DNA from: Myxococcales bacterium | GTDB taxonomy: Bacteria; Myxococcota_A; Polyangia; Fen-1088 | Assembly (NCBI GenBank): GCA_003158735.1 | Contig: PMLB01000182.1 | Span: forward strand, 30,479 to 85,032 | Direction: 5' to 3' | Length of the DNA: 54,554 nucleotides | Part shown: positions 1 to 9,135 of the stretch, one piece after another | Position numbering within the stretch: the first letter of the stretch is position 1 | Layout: every line of letters starts with the position of its first letter | The notes under the pieces: model-generated | Databases searched by the model: none | What the model was told of the DNA's origin: nothing | The model's input: the letters and a program-made list of their open reading frames with translations, nothing else | Position numbers and translations under genes: made by a program

Positions 1-1860
1 CGCGCTTCGCGCGCGCCCCTCGCGGCCACTACCACGGCTACGGCCACGACTCGCCCCTTCGCGGACTATGCCGGCAGCAAAGTGCGACCCGCATCGGATT
101 CGCGGACAGCCGCACAGCCGACCGCTGCCGCCATTCCCCGCGCGGCTGGCGACTTGGCAGGATTGCCCTCGCTGGAGTCCGGAGAAATGAGCACGGGCGT
201 GGTGATCACGACATCTGCAACCTTGGGCGGACGCCTCATTGTGGTGGAAAGGGAAGCATCGTCACCTGCGCCAGCCACTGTTTCCGCCGCCCAGGCTGAT
301 GCCGCGAGCGCGGCTGATGGTTCTGTGCGGGCCGCGCTGGCTTCTGCGGAGACGGCCACCGCCACGGCCTTCCCCTTCGGGGACTTCGGGTCCGACAGCT
401 CGCCCCACCTCCCCACGCCTGCTTCGCACGCGCCCCTCGCCCCCTTCGGGGACTTCGGGTCCAACACCACACCCCGCCTCCCCGCGCGTGCTTCGCACGC
501 GCCCCTCGCGACCACGCCGAGTGGATCGAGTGCGGCCCAGAGCTTTGTACGAACCACGGCGGATTCAGCCGCGGTCACGGCGGCGGTTCGTCCCTTTGCA
601 CGGATCGCGTTGGCTCGTGCGCCGGCCACGACTACGGCCACAGCCACGGCTGCAACCACGCCCTTCGCGGGTTTCGGGTCCGACAGCTCGCCCCGCCCCC
701 CCGCGCCTGCTTCGCACGCGCCCCTTGCGGCCACGACTAGTGGATCGAGTGCGGTTCAGGGCTCTGCACGAACCGCGGCGCATTCTGCGGCGTCCACGGC
801 CACCGGTGCAACTGCGACCACGGCTGCCAGTATCGCACCAGCCGCCGACCAGGCTAGCGAGCCCGCCGAACTCGCGCAGACAACACACGACGATTCCGCC
901 GCATCGAAGAACGCACCGCCGCCTGTAGCTGGCGCGACCTCTCGTTCTGACAAGCCCGAATCGCCTGTCCCGCAGCCCGCTGCCCCGACGACAATTGTCA
1001 ACGCCCAACCCGCCGTTGATGCAAAAGCGACGACCGGGCCGGCCCTTCAGCCCCTGGCCGAGGGGCCCACTCAGACCAGCGCGGTCCGCACGGAAAAGCG
1101 CACGCGCACACAGGACCGCGCGCACGATTCCGACCCCGAGCCATCCTCATCACTGCCAAGTTTCGTCGCAGCCCCGAATTCCACCACGCCTTCCGTCCAC
1201 ACCCACAGCCAGCACTCAACCGAGACGGCCGCGGTTCCAGAAAATCGCCCCGCGCTGCCGATCGGCGAAGGCAAACAGACGACGGACCATGCGGCCCCTG
1301 CGTCGTCCCTGCCGGCCCAGATAGCGCACCAACCTGGCCAAACCGCTCTTGGGACTGAGGCGCAGGTGACCACTACCTTGCCGCAGGCCCTGCCGCAGGT
1401 CGCGCTGCCGCTTCCTACGCCGGCAACCAGCGCAGCAGCCGCCGACCTTCGCGCGGCCGCTCACCTGCCGGCTCAGGCCGCACCTCTGGCCGCCCAGGCG
1501 GCGCGCGACGACGGGCTCAGCATGAACGTGCTACCGCATTCGGCGCACATGGCCATCGAGTCGCCCGACGGAGATCTGGATTTGCACATGCGCGTGCGAC
1601 AAGGCAGCGCCGAGATCACGGTGGGCGGATCCATGGCGCATCTCTTCGAGACGCGCGCGCCCGAGGCCCGTGCGGCCTTGGCGGGCGAGGGTCTTGCCTT
1701 GGGTCGTTTCGATTCTGGCCAACAAGGCGGCGGGCAGCAGAACCAGCCGACGCCCGAACTCCCGGAAACGACGGGCGAATCGCCCACCGCCTACCGGCCC
1801 CACCAAAGTGCCCCCTTGCCGGACGCACCAGCGGACGGCCGCATCCACGTCACCGCGTGA
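1..1860 (+). CDS. fliK: Flagellar hook-length control protein FliK, 5-prime partial (continues left of the window)
   Basis: The frame of the listed ORF (82..1860) stays open back to base 1. Bases 1-81 encode [27 protein letters not shown], another copy of the internal repeat, so the gene is cut by the window edge. The body is Pro/Ala/Thr/Ser-rich and low-complexity. The C-terminal segment ([53 protein letters not shown]) looks like the FliK C-terminal (Flg_hook) domain. It lies directly upstream of flgD-flgE. Confidence 0.7.
   Translation, partial: RASRAPLAATTTATATTRPFADYAGSKVRPASDSRTAAQPTAAAIPRAAGDLAGLPSLESGEMSTGVVITTSATLGGRLIVVEREASSPAPATVSAAQADAASAADGSVRAALASAETATATAFPFGDFGSDSSPHLPTPASHAPLAPFGDFGSNTTPRLPARASHAPLATTPSGSSAAQSFVRTTADSAAVTAAVRPFARIALARAPATTTATATAATTPFAGFGSDSSPRPPAPASHAPLAATTSGSSAVQGSARTAAHSAASTATGATATTAASIAPAADQASEPAELAQTTHDDSAASKNAPPPVAGATSRSDKPESPVPQPAAPTTIVNAQPAVDAKATTGPALQPLAEGPTQTSAVRTEKRTRTQDRAHDSDPEPSSSLPSFVAAPNSTTPSVHTHSQHSTETAAVPENRPALPIGEGKQTTDHAAPASSLPAQIAHQPGQTALGTEAQVTTTLPQALPQVALPLPTPATSAAAADLRAAAHLPAQAAPLAAQAARDDGLSMNVLPHSAHMAIESPDGDLDLHMRVRQGSAEITVGGSMAHLFETRAPEARAALAGEGLALGRFDSGQQGGGQQNQPTPELPETTGESPTAYRPHQSAPLPDAPADGRIHVTA
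372..509. repeat. Two perfect-register tandem 69-nt (23-codon) repeats inside fliK, with a third dispersed copy at ~660-728 and a partial copy at 1-24
   Basis: 372-440 and 441-509 both read ccccttcggggacttcgggtcc...cttcgcacgcgcccctcgc, encoding PFGDFGS(D/N)..[10 protein letters not shown]. The follow-on segments ~493-590 and ~709-806 are also homologous ([23 protein letters not shown] vs [23 protein letters not shown]). Confidence 0.85.
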
Positions 1861-1871
1861 AGGAGATCAGC

Positions 1872-2567
1872 ATGTCCATCGAAACATCGACCGCCACCAG
1901 CGCCACTCAGGCCACGCAACAGCCGGCCGGCGCCCAAGGATCCGATACCCTGGGGAAAGACGAGTTCCTGAAGATCCTGACAACGCAGCTCGCAAATCAG
2001 GATCCCACCCAGCCCATGGACAGTAACGCCTTCGTGGCGCAACTAGCGCAGTTCTCTGCCTTGGAACAGGCGCAGAACACCAATGACACCCTCACCCAGA
2101 TGCTCACTCTGCAGCAGGCGTCCAGCCAGTCTGGAAGTGCGTCGGTAGCCGTGGCTTCAGTGGGCAAAGAGGCGACCTACAACGCGAGTCAGATGACCCT
2201 CAGCACAGATGGGAGCATCGGCGTCAACGGCATCCTGCCTTCGTCGGCGGCTGACGTCATCATGGAAGTCGACGATGCCAACGGAAGCGTGGTGCGAACC
2301 CAGCACTTCGGCGGCATGGCGGCCGGCAGCCACAACCTGACCTGGGACGGGTTCAACGAAGCGGGTGTGGCCCAGGCACCCGGAACCTACACGGTCAGGG
2401 TGTCGGCCGTCGACATTTCCGGCAAGCCCATTTCGGTGACCCAGCAGGCGTGCGGCCTGGTCACCGGGATCACATTCCAGAACGGAGCCACCCAACTCAT
2501 GATCGGCAATACGCCAGTCTCACTTAGCGACGTCATCTCAATTCAGCAAGTCAACAACACGCAGTAA
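1872..2567 (+). CDS. flgD: Flagellar hook capping/assembly protein FlgD
   Basis: Contains the [39 protein letters not shown] motif typical of FlgD. I chose the ATG at 1872, preceded by AAGGAG at 1860-1865, over the listed GTG at 1857. It sits between fliK and flgE. Confidence 0.9.
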   Translation: MSIETSTATSATQATQQPAGAQGSDTLGKDEFLKILTTQLANQDPTQPMDSNAFVAQLAQFSALEQAQNTNDTLTQMLTLQQASSQSGSASVAVASVGKEATYNASQMTLSTDGSIGVNGILPSSAADVIMEVDDANGSVVRTQHFGGMAAGSHNLTWDGFNEAGVAQAPGTYTVRVSAVDISGKPISVTQQACGLVTGITFQNGATQLMIGNTPVSLSDVISIQQVNNTQ

Positions 2568-2588
2568 CGACAAGAAAGGAAGAAAACC

Positions 2589-3905
2589 ATGAGTCTTTTG
2601 ACCGCAATGTATTCCAGCGCCAGTGGCCTCAGCGCAACCACCGACGAGCTATCGGTGGTTGGCGACAACATCGCCAACAGCCAAACCGTGGGCTTCAAAG
2701 CCTCTCGTACCGACTTCGCAGACGCCATGACCCAACAGCTCATCGCGGGCCAAGGCGAACAAGGTCTGGGCGTGCGTACGCTCACTGTACAGAAACTGAT
2801 GGCTCAAGGAGCCTTCACCACCACCAACCAGGACACCGACGTGGCCATCGAAGGCAATGGCATGTTCGTGCTCAAGGGTGCCTATGGCGGAACCAGCGGC
2901 ACCTTCTACAGCCGCGCTGGCGAGTTCACCATCGACAAGAGTGGCTACCTGGTCAACGCGGAGGGGCTGCGCGTGCAAGGCATGCAGGCTGACACCACCG
3001 GCGACGTATCCTCAGGGCTCTTGGGTGACTTGCAGGTTGGCAATGCTTCCGCGCCCGCCAAGCCGACTGACGACATCACCGTGCGTGGCAATCTCGATTC
3101 CACAGCCTCCCCGACAGAGAATCCTGTAGCCGCAACCGGCTACGCGGGCTGGACCGTGACCGATGCCAAGAACACCTCGAATTTTTCGACCAGCATGGTG
3201 GTGTACGACTCGCTCGGCAAGCCGGTGCAGCTCGACGTCTACTTCTGCATGGATAGTGTAGGCGATTGGCACTATCACGCGGTCACCGACGGCGCCAACC
3301 TGACCGCCGGCGTGGCCAATACGCCCACTGAGGTCGCCACCGGTGAGCTGAAGTTCGACACCGAGGGTCGGCTGGTTTCCAACACCACCACCACGAACAC
3401 TTTCAATCCTGTCAATGCCACCAACCCGCAGCCTCTCACTTTCAATTTCGGCACCGGCACCGCCGCGGGCGGCAGCGGCCTGGACGGAATCACGCAATAC
3501 GCGGCGGATTCGGCCATGAGCTTTGTCACCCAGGCGGGTTTCACCTCCGGCAGCCTCAGCAGGCTCAGCATCGGCAGCGACGGCAAGATCACCGGCGGAT
3601 TCACCAACGGCCAAAGCCGGGTGTTGGGCCAACTCGTGCTCGGCAATTTCAAGGCCCCTGACGAGCTCGCGCGCATGGGTGGGTCGCTGTACCAGGAAAC
3701 CCCCAATTCAGGACCCGGCACCCTGGGCACGCCAGCCACGGCGGACCGAGGCAGCATCAGCGCGGGTGCGTTGGAGCAGTCCAACGTCGACATCGCGCAA
3801 GAGTTCATCAACATGATTGCAGCCCAGCGTGGCTTTGAAGCCAATTCCAAGACCCTGACCACCGCCGACCAGCTCCTGTCCGATCTCATGATGATTCGTC
3901 GCTAG
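2589..3905 (+). CDS. flgE: Flagellar hook protein FlgE
   Basis: N-terminal rod/hook signature (MSLLTAMYSSASGLSATTDELSVVGDNIANSQTVGFKASR) and C-terminal signature (LEQSNVDIAQEFINMIAAQRGFEANSKTLTTADQLLSDLMMIRR). Confidence 0.93.
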   Translation: MSLLTAMYSSASGLSATTDELSVVGDNIANSQTVGFKASRTDFADAMTQQLIAGQGEQGLGVRTLTVQKLMAQGAFTTTNQDTDVAIEGNGMFVLKGAYGGTSGTFYSRAGEFTIDKSGYLVNAEGLRVQGMQADTTGDVSSGLLGDLQVGNASAPAKPTDDITVRGNLDSTASPTENPVAATGYAGWTVTDAKNTSNFSTSMVVYDSLGKPVQLDVYFCMDSVGDWHYHAVTDGANLTAGVANTPTEVATGELKFDTEGRLVSNTTTTNTFNPVNATNPQPLTFNFGTGTAAGGSGLDGITQYAADSAMSFVTQAGFTSGSLSRLSIGSDGKITGGFTNGQSRVLGQLVLGNFKAPDELARMGGSLYQETPNSGPGTLGTPATADRGSISAGALEQSNVDIAQEFINMIAAQRGFEANSKTLTTADQLLSDLMMIRR

Positions 3906-3916
3906 CCTTGGGCGCT

Positions 3917-3978
3917 CGGGCTGCGGCGATCATGCCCAGCCCGCCGGGTTTCGGCGCCGGCGCGCCGCTTCTCTTTTT
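3917..3978 (+). terminator. Candidate attenuator/terminator between flgE and flbD
   Basis: Hairpin CGGGCTG(3917-3923)/CAGCCCG(3937-3943). A short GC hairpin follows, GGCGC(3953-3957)-cggc-GCGCC(3962-3966), and then the T-rich tract ttctcttttt (3969-3978). Stems are short. Confidence 0.3.
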
Positions 3979-4006
3979 CGCAAACTTCTTGTAGGGACGC
4001 CAACCC

Positions 4007-4240
4007 ATGATCTACGTCACCCGTCTCGATCACAACACCATGGTGGTGAACGCCGAGCTCATCGCCACGATCGAAAGTACGCCCGACACCCTGATCACCC
4101 TGAACAATGGTCATCAGTTCCTGGTGCGAGACACTGTCCAGGACGTGGTGGCTCGGGCCATCGAGTATCGGCGCCAGGTCAGCGGCGCTCTGCGCGTGCT
4201 CTCAGCGGCGCCCGACCCAGACAAGCAAGGAAACACGTAG
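4007..4240 (+). CDS. flbD: Flagellar protein FlbD
   Basis: A 77-aa protein whose start (MIYVTRLDHNTMVVNAELIATIESTPDTLITLNNGHQFLVRDTVQDVV) matches the FlbD family pattern. It has the classic position between flgE and motA. Confidence 0.85.
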   Translation: MIYVTRLDHNTMVVNAELIATIESTPDTLITLNNGHQFLVRDTVQDVVARAIEYRRQVSGALRVLSAAPDPDKQGNT

Positions 4241-4243
4241 CCC

Positions 4244-5011
4244 ATGGACATCACGACAATAGCGGGCATCGTGGTTGCCATCGGCTTTATCCTCGGCGGG
4301 CAACTGCTCGAAGGGGGACACGTCGGGTCCATTGTTCAGGGTACGGCCGCGCTCATCGTTTTCGGCGGCACCTTCGGTGCAGTGTTGGTCAGCTTTCCCC
4401 TGAAGGACGTGAAGCGCGGATTGCAGCTGGCGGCCATGGTCCTGCGGGAGAAGAAGAGCGACCTGGACCAAATCGTTCAGCAGATCGTGGAATTGGCGGG
4501 TGTCGCGCGGCGGGATGGCGTGCTGGCACTGGAGCAGCGCCTGCCGGCCCTGCAGGACGACTTTCTCAAACGCTCGGTGGGCTTCATCGTGGACGGCGTG
4601 GACGCCATTGTCACTCGCGACGCGCTGGAAACAGAGATCATGCACCATTTCGAGGGAGACACGGTGGGGGCCAAGATCTTCGAGTCCGCAGGTGGCTACG
4701 CTCCCACCGTAGGCATCCTGGGTGCGGTGTTGGGGCTGATTCACGTCATGGAGAACCTCAATGATCCCTCCAAGCTTGGGGGCGGCATTGCGGTTGCTTT
4801 CGTGGCCACCGTGTATGGTGTGGGCAGCGCAAATATCTTGTTCCTGCCGTTCGCGACCAAGATTAAGCGCAAACTGGGCCTGGAGAAGGAGCGACGCATC
4901 CTCATTGCCGAGGGCGTGCTCTCCATCCAAGCCGGTCTCAACCCGCGCGTGCTGGAAGAGAAGATCCGCGCCTACGCCGGCGGCCGCGCCCCGGCTGCCA
5001 AGAAAGGATAG
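4244..5011 (+). CDS. motA: Flagellar stator protein MotA (MotA/TolQ/ExbB family)
   Basis: Multi-pass membrane protein of 255 aa with a conserved C-terminal channel region (GYAPTVGILGAVLGLIHVM...AFVATVYGVGSANILFLPFA). It is followed by motB. Confidence 0.88.
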   Translation: MDITTIAGIVVAIGFILGGQLLEGGHVGSIVQGTAALIVFGGTFGAVLVSFPLKDVKRGLQLAAMVLREKKSDLDQIVQQIVELAGVARRDGVLALEQRLPALQDDFLKRSVGFIVDGVDAIVTRDALETEIMHHFEGDTVGAKIFESAGGYAPTVGILGAVLGLIHVMENLNDPSKLGGGIAVAFVATVYGVGSANILFLPFATKIKRKLGLEKERRILIAEGVLSIQAGLNPRVLEEKIRAYAGGRAPAAKKG

Positions 5012-5014
5012 ACC

Positions 5015-5791
5015 ATGGCGAAAAGGCGGGAGCACGCTGAGGAACACGAGAACCACGAGCGCTGGCTGGTCTCCTATGCCGACTTCATGACCCTGCTCTT
5101 CGCCTTTTTCGTGGTCATGTACTCGGTCAGCCGCATCGACCAGAAGCGCATGGTCGACGTGGTCAAGGCCATCAAGTTCGCCATGCACTACAAGGGTACC
5201 GGCGGTTCTGACCAGATTCCCATTTTTGAAGGGCCAGTTTCCGAGGGAGGCTGCGTGACCAACGTGGGGGACAGTGCCCCAAGTCGCCAGGAGGCTGAGG
5301 CCATCGAGGCGGTGCGCCGCCGCATCGAGAAGAAGCTGAAAGGAATCCTGCTGGAAAGGCCTGAGAATCCCCCCACCGTGATCATGCACACCGAGGGGCG
5401 CAAGCTCATGATCCGCCTCTCAGCGTCGCACTTCTTCGATCCAGCGCAGGCCGCGCTTCGCCCCGAAGTGATTCCTGTGCTGGACGCCATTGCCATCGAA
5501 CTGGCGCAATTCCACCGGCCCATCCGCATCGAAGGCCACACCGACGACCAGACCGGAGGACGCACGCGTTTCCGCGACAACTGGGATCTGTCCGCGTCCC
5601 GTGCTGCATCCGTGGCCAGCTACATGCAGGGCGCCCACCACATCGAGGGCAAGATGCTCATCGCCGCCGGTCGCGGCGCGACGGTGCCCATTGCCGACAA
5701 CAGCACGGCCCTGGGCCGCGAAGCCAACCGGCGGGTCGAGCTGGTGATCGAAGTCAAGCCCGAGGACGCCTTCGAATCCATGGCGCGGTAG
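5015..5791 (+). CDS. motB: Flagellar stator protein MotB with OmpA-like peptidoglycan-binding domain
   Basis: N-terminal plug/TM region (ERWLVSYADFMTLLFAFFVVMY) and a C-terminal OmpA-like region (IRIEGHTDDQ...NWDLSASRAASVASYM...GREANRRVELVI). Confidence 0.88.
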   Translation: MAKRREHAEEHENHERWLVSYADFMTLLFAFFVVMYSVSRIDQKRMVDVVKAIKFAMHYKGTGGSDQIPIFEGPVSEGGCVTNVGDSAPSRQEAEAIEAVRRRIEKKLKGILLERPENPPTVIMHTEGRKLMIRLSASHFFDPAQAALRPEVIPVLDAIAIELAQFHRPIRIEGHTDDQTGGRTRFRDNWDLSASRAASVASYMQGAHHIEGKMLIAAGRGATVPIADNSTALGREANRRVELVIEVKPEDAFESMAR

Positions 5792-5806
5792 CAAGAGTCG
5801 TTGGTT

Positions 5807-5826
5807 GGGGCGACCTGCGGTCGCCC
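5807..5826. repeat. REP-like palindrome GGGGCGACC-TGCG-GGTCGCCC
   Basis: Perfect 8-bp arms, 16 nt after the motB stop codon. It belongs to the family also seen at 11178-11282, 18453-18473, 18710-18730, 46319-46338 and 46535-46557. Confidence 0.85.
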
Positions 5827-5852
5827 GCGCAAGACGGGGGCTCTGCACGACA

Positions 5853-5920
5853 GCCGGATTCAGCAGGTTCCGCATCCCGTCGTAGTCGAAGGCGTCCACA
5901 GCATGCTGCGAAGCTCGGTG
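5853..5920 (-). pseudogene. Relic of a second copy of the kinase 3-prime end (encodes ..AVDAFDYDGMRNLLNP)
   Basis: About 65 nt are clearly homologous to 6058-6125, the 3-prime end of the hybrid kinase (..MADVFDYDGMRALLNPRS). There is no upstream reading frame with kinase features. Confidence 0.6.
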
Positions 5921-5934
5921 GCCAGATTTCCGGT

Positions 5935-5964
5935 CCCCTCTCCCCGCTCGCGCGGGGCGAGGGG
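5935..5964. other. GC-rich hairpin (13-bp stem, one mismatch)
   Basis: CCCCTCTCCCCGC-tcgc-GCGGGGCGAGGGG. It lies between convergent motB and the hybrid kinase. It may be a bidirectional transcription stop or an RNA-stability element, but no U-tract follows. Confidence 0.35.
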
Positions 5965-6050
5965 AACGGAAACGCCCAGTCGGCCAAAACCCGCCGAGAC
6001 CAGCGAGCCGATCAGGCGCCCAGTCGCGCCTATTCTCCACCGTCATCTGG

Positions 6051-8657
6051 CTAGCTTCGCGGATTCAGCAGGGCCCGCATCCCATCGTAATCGAAGACGT
6101 CCGCCATCTGTCGAAGCTTGGTAGCCGTGTTCGGATCCGCGACCCGGATGGTTTCGATTGTCTCGACTATCTCGTCGTAGCGCGCTGCGATCACCGCCTG
6201 GCGCAGCCGATTCAGCACGTCCGGAGGAATGGCTCGCAGAGCATTCCTGTCCAGCGGTTGCGCCTTCATCTCGGCGTCGGCCGTCAGCGCTGGCTCGTGC
6301 CCATTGGCAGGATTGGCGACGTCGCTGTCCAGCACTTCGCGGACCTTCTTCGTGAGATCCGCCGCACTGAACGGCTTGCCAATGAAGTGGGTTCCCGGTG
6401 CAAGTGTGCCGTGGTGAAGAATGGCGTCGTCGGCGTAGCCCGACATATAGATCACTTTGATCCCCGGACGCGCCAGCACCAAGCGCTCGGCCAGCACCCT
6501 GCCGCTCATCTGCGGCATCACGACGTCGGTCAACAACAAGTGGACCTTGCCCTGATGTGCTTCGCAGGTCAGCAGCGCGTCGCTCGCAGTCGCGGCGGTC
6601 AGCACGGTGTATCCGGCCTCGCCAAGAATCCGCTTGGCAATGTTGCGCATGGCTTCTTCGTCTTCAGCCACGACAATGGTCTCGGTTCCCGTTGACGGGG
6701 TCGGGACCGCCGCCAGTCTGCTGCCGGTCACCCTCTTGCTGGACGAGAGATCCCGCGGCAGATAGATTTTGAACGTGGTCCCCCGGCCGGGCTCGCTGTA
6801 CACCCAGATGTTGCCGCCGCTCTGCTTGACGATGCCGTACACGGTAGAGAGTCCCAGGCCGGTTCCCTTGCCTTTCTCCTTGGTGGTAAAGAAGGGCTCG
6901 AAGATCCGCGTCTGGGTCGCAGCGTCCATGCCGCAGCCGGTGTCGCTGACCGCGAATTGGACGTAGCGCCCGGGCTTCACCGCCACGTGGCGTGCCGCAT
7001 ATTCCTCGTCGAGATCCACGTTGCGGGTTTCGATGGTGAGCTTGCCTCCCTTGGGCATGGCGTCGCGGGCGTTGACCACCAGGTTCATCAGCACCTGCTC
7101 GATCTGGCCTGGGTCGGCCCGCACCATGCCGAGGTCTGGCGCAAGTACCTGGAGATAGTCGATGTCTTCGCCGAGGATCCGCCGGAGCATCTTCTCGACC
7201 CCAGCGGCAATCTGGTTCAGGTCCAGCACCACGGGTTGTAACACCTGCTTGCGACTGAAGGCCAGGATCTGCCGGGTCAGGGCCACCGCACGCTCGCCGG
7301 CCTTCTTCACCTGCAAGAGCTCTTCCCGGACGTGGTCATCCTCTCGCACGCCGGCCATTGCAAAATCCGTGCAGCACAGGATCACGGAGAGCAAGTTGTT
7401 GAAGTCATGCGCAATGCCGCCCGCGAGGCTGCCGACGGCCTCCAATCTTTGCGACAGGCGAAGCTGCTGCTCGAGGCTTGCGCGTTCCGTGTCGGCCCGC
7501 TTGCGCGCAGAGATGTCCACAATGCTCGCAATGAAGCGGGGCGGAGTCCCCTCCACGTTGTGAAGCAGCGTTGCAGTGGTGCTCGCATCCACGCAATGTC
7601 CATCCCGGTGCTTGTATCGCTTCTCCATTGCGAGGGATGTGCGTTCACCGGCGATGACAGAGCGAACAGATTCCCAGCTTTTGGCGATATCATCAGGGTA
7701 GGTGATCTCGGTGAGAGTGCGCTGCTGCATCTCCTCGATCGAAAGTCCCAGCATGTCGGCAAACGCCCGATTGACTTTGATTAGTCTCCCATCATGGCCA
7801 GTTATCGCCTTGCCGATGGTTGAGCGTTCAAATATGTCGCGAAAGCGGGCTTCGCTCTCGCGCAGTTCGTCCTCCGCCTGCTTGCGTGCGGTGACGTCGA
7901 CATGTTCGGCTTGGTAACAGACCAAGTTGCCGCTGATGTCCCTAATCTCCCGCGCCGACACCAGCACCACCAACCGGCTCCCGTCGCGTCGGACGACGGG
8001 CACTTCCCTCGGTTCCATGACCCCCTTCTGGGCAAGGATGCGCATCACCTCGGTGCGTTCATCGGAGTTCGCATACAGTTGAACCCCAATATTGTCGACT
8101 GCGGCGATCATCTCCTGGGGGCTCGCGTAGCCATACATTCGCGCATACGCTTGATTTGCGCGAATCAGGCGTCCCTCCGGGGAAGCCTGTGAGATTCCCA
8201 TGATGGCGTTATCGAACAGGCTGCGATACTCCGCCTCGCTGTGCCGGAGCTTCTCCTCGGCCTGTTTGTGCTCCAGCCGCACACGCTGTCGCTCCAGCGC
8301 ACTTCGAACGGCCGGTCCCAGTCGTTTGACGTGCTCCTTGATGACGTAGTCCCACGCCCCGGCTTTCATGCACTCGACTGCCGTGTCTTCGTTCATCGAG
8401 CCCGTGACCATGATGAAGGGCACGTCGGGGCAACGCTCCAGCGCGAGCTTGAGCGCGGTCAGGCCATCGAGCTGGGGCATCTTGAAATCGGAAACGATGA
8501 GCCCGGGGCGGTACTCATTCAGAGCCGCGAGATACTCTTCGCGGGTCTCCACTCGGCGGAACTCGCACGAGTGGAGCGCCTTGCGGACCTCCCGTTCGCT
8601 AAGCTCGGCGTCCGAGGGTAGATCCTCGACGATCAGGACACGAATGGTCTCACTCAC
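6051..8657 (-). CDS. Hybrid sensor histidine kinase: REC - 3x PAS - HisKA - HATPase_c - REC - unassigned ~90-aa C-terminal module
   Basis: N-terminal receiver (VLIVEDLPSD...VSDFKMPQLDG...VIKEH). PAS-like repeats are separated by coiled-coil linkers. H-box LAGGIAHDFNNLL. G-boxes DTGCGMD and GTGLGLS. Second receiver (VVAEDEE...LTDVVMPQMSG...GKPF). Confidence 0.88.
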   Translation of the reverse strand: MSETIRVLIVEDLPSDAELSEREVRKALHSCEFRRVETREEYLAALNEYRPGLIVSDFKMPQLDGLTALKLALERCPDVPFIMVTGSMNEDTAVECMKAGAWDYVIKEHVKRLGPAVRSALERQRVRLEHKQAEEKLRHSEAEYRSLFDNAIMGISQASPEGRLIRANQAYARMYGYASPQEMIAAVDNIGVQLYANSDERTEVMRILAQKGVMEPREVPVVRRDGSRLVVLVSAREIRDISGNLVCYQAEHVDVTARKQAEDELRESEARFRDIFERSTIGKAITGHDGRLIKVNRAFADMLGLSIEEMQQRTLTEITYPDDIAKSWESVRSVIAGERTSLAMEKRYKHRDGHCVDASTTATLLHNVEGTPPRFIASIVDISARKRADTERASLEQQLRLSQRLEAVGSLAGGIAHDFNNLLSVILCCTDFAMAGVREDDHVREELLQVKKAGERAVALTRQILAFSRKQVLQPVVLDLNQIAAGVEKMLRRILGEDIDYLQVLAPDLGMVRADPGQIEQVLMNLVVNARDAMPKGGKLTIETRNVDLDEEYAARHVAVKPGRYVQFAVSDTGCGMDAATQTRIFEPFFTTKEKGKGTGLGLSTVYGIVKQSGGNIWVYSEPGRGTTFKIYLPRDLSSSKRVTGSRLAAVPTPSTGTETIVVAEDEEAMRNIAKRILGEAGYTVLTAATASDALLTCEAHQGKVHLLLTDVVMPQMSGRVLAERLVLARPGIKVIYMSGYADDAILHHGTLAPGTHFIGKPFSAADLTKKVREVLDSDVANPANGHEPALTADAEMKAQPLDRNALRAIPPDVLNRLRQAVIAARYDEIVETIETIRVADPNTATKLRQMADVFDYDGMRALLNPRS

Positions 8658-8689
8658 GCAGCTACCTCCTCCACATCACTGTCGACCCC

Positions 8690-9133
8690 TCATCTCGGGG
8701 GCTGGTTCACCAGAAGCCAGTACAGGCCGAGGCTGCTCACCGCTTCGGCAAAGGCGTCGAACTCCACCGGCTTCACCACATAGCTGTTGGCCCCGAGGCC
8801 ATAGGCGGTCTTGATGTCCGGATCCTCGCGCGAGGAAGTCACGACGACCACGGGGATGACACGGGTCCGCTCGTCCTGCTTGAGAGCGCGCAGAACCTCC
8901 AGCCCGTTCACCTTGGGAAGCTTCAGGTCGAGCAGTACCACCTTGGGCGGATGGCCGACGTCTCGCGCTGCATACTTCCCGCAAGCGAAGATGAAATCCA
9001 GCGCCTCCGCGCCATCCTCGATCACAATGACCCGATTGGCCAGGTTGTGTTTCTTCAGCGCCCTGATGGTCAACTCCGCGTCCTGCGGATTGTCCTCGAC
9101 CAACAAGATATCCACTGCTTCCGAATGGTCCAT
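8690..9133 (-). CDS. Single-domain response regulator (receiver only)
   Basis: [13 protein letters not shown]...[12 protein letters not shown]...VVVTSS...VVKP. I chose the ATG at 9133, with GGGGAG about 8 nt upstream, over the listed GTG at 9139. No output domain. Confidence 0.85.
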   Translation of the reverse strand: MDHSEAVDILLVEDNPQDAELTIRALKKHNLANRVIVIEDGAEALDFIFACGKYAARDVGHPPKVVLLDLKLPKVNGLEVLRALKQDERTRVIPVVVVTSSREDPDIKTAYGLGANSYVVKPVEFDAFAEAVSSLGLYWLLVNQPPR

Positions 9134-9135
9134 GG

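Noticed and set aside
66-1125. Minus-strand and alternative-frame ORFs across the fliK repeats (66..734 -, 239..928 +, 565..1125 -)
   Set aside because: They are shadow frames of the repeat-rich fliK gene. Their own internal repetition only reflects the 69-nt DNA repeats.
4244-5791. MotA/MotB acting as the ExbB/ExbD energiser for the three TonB-dependent receptors
   Set aside because: The second protein has an OmpA-like peptidoglycan-binding C-terminus and the MotB plug/TM signature. The pair follows flgE-flbD, which is the standard stator context. No TonB gene is present.
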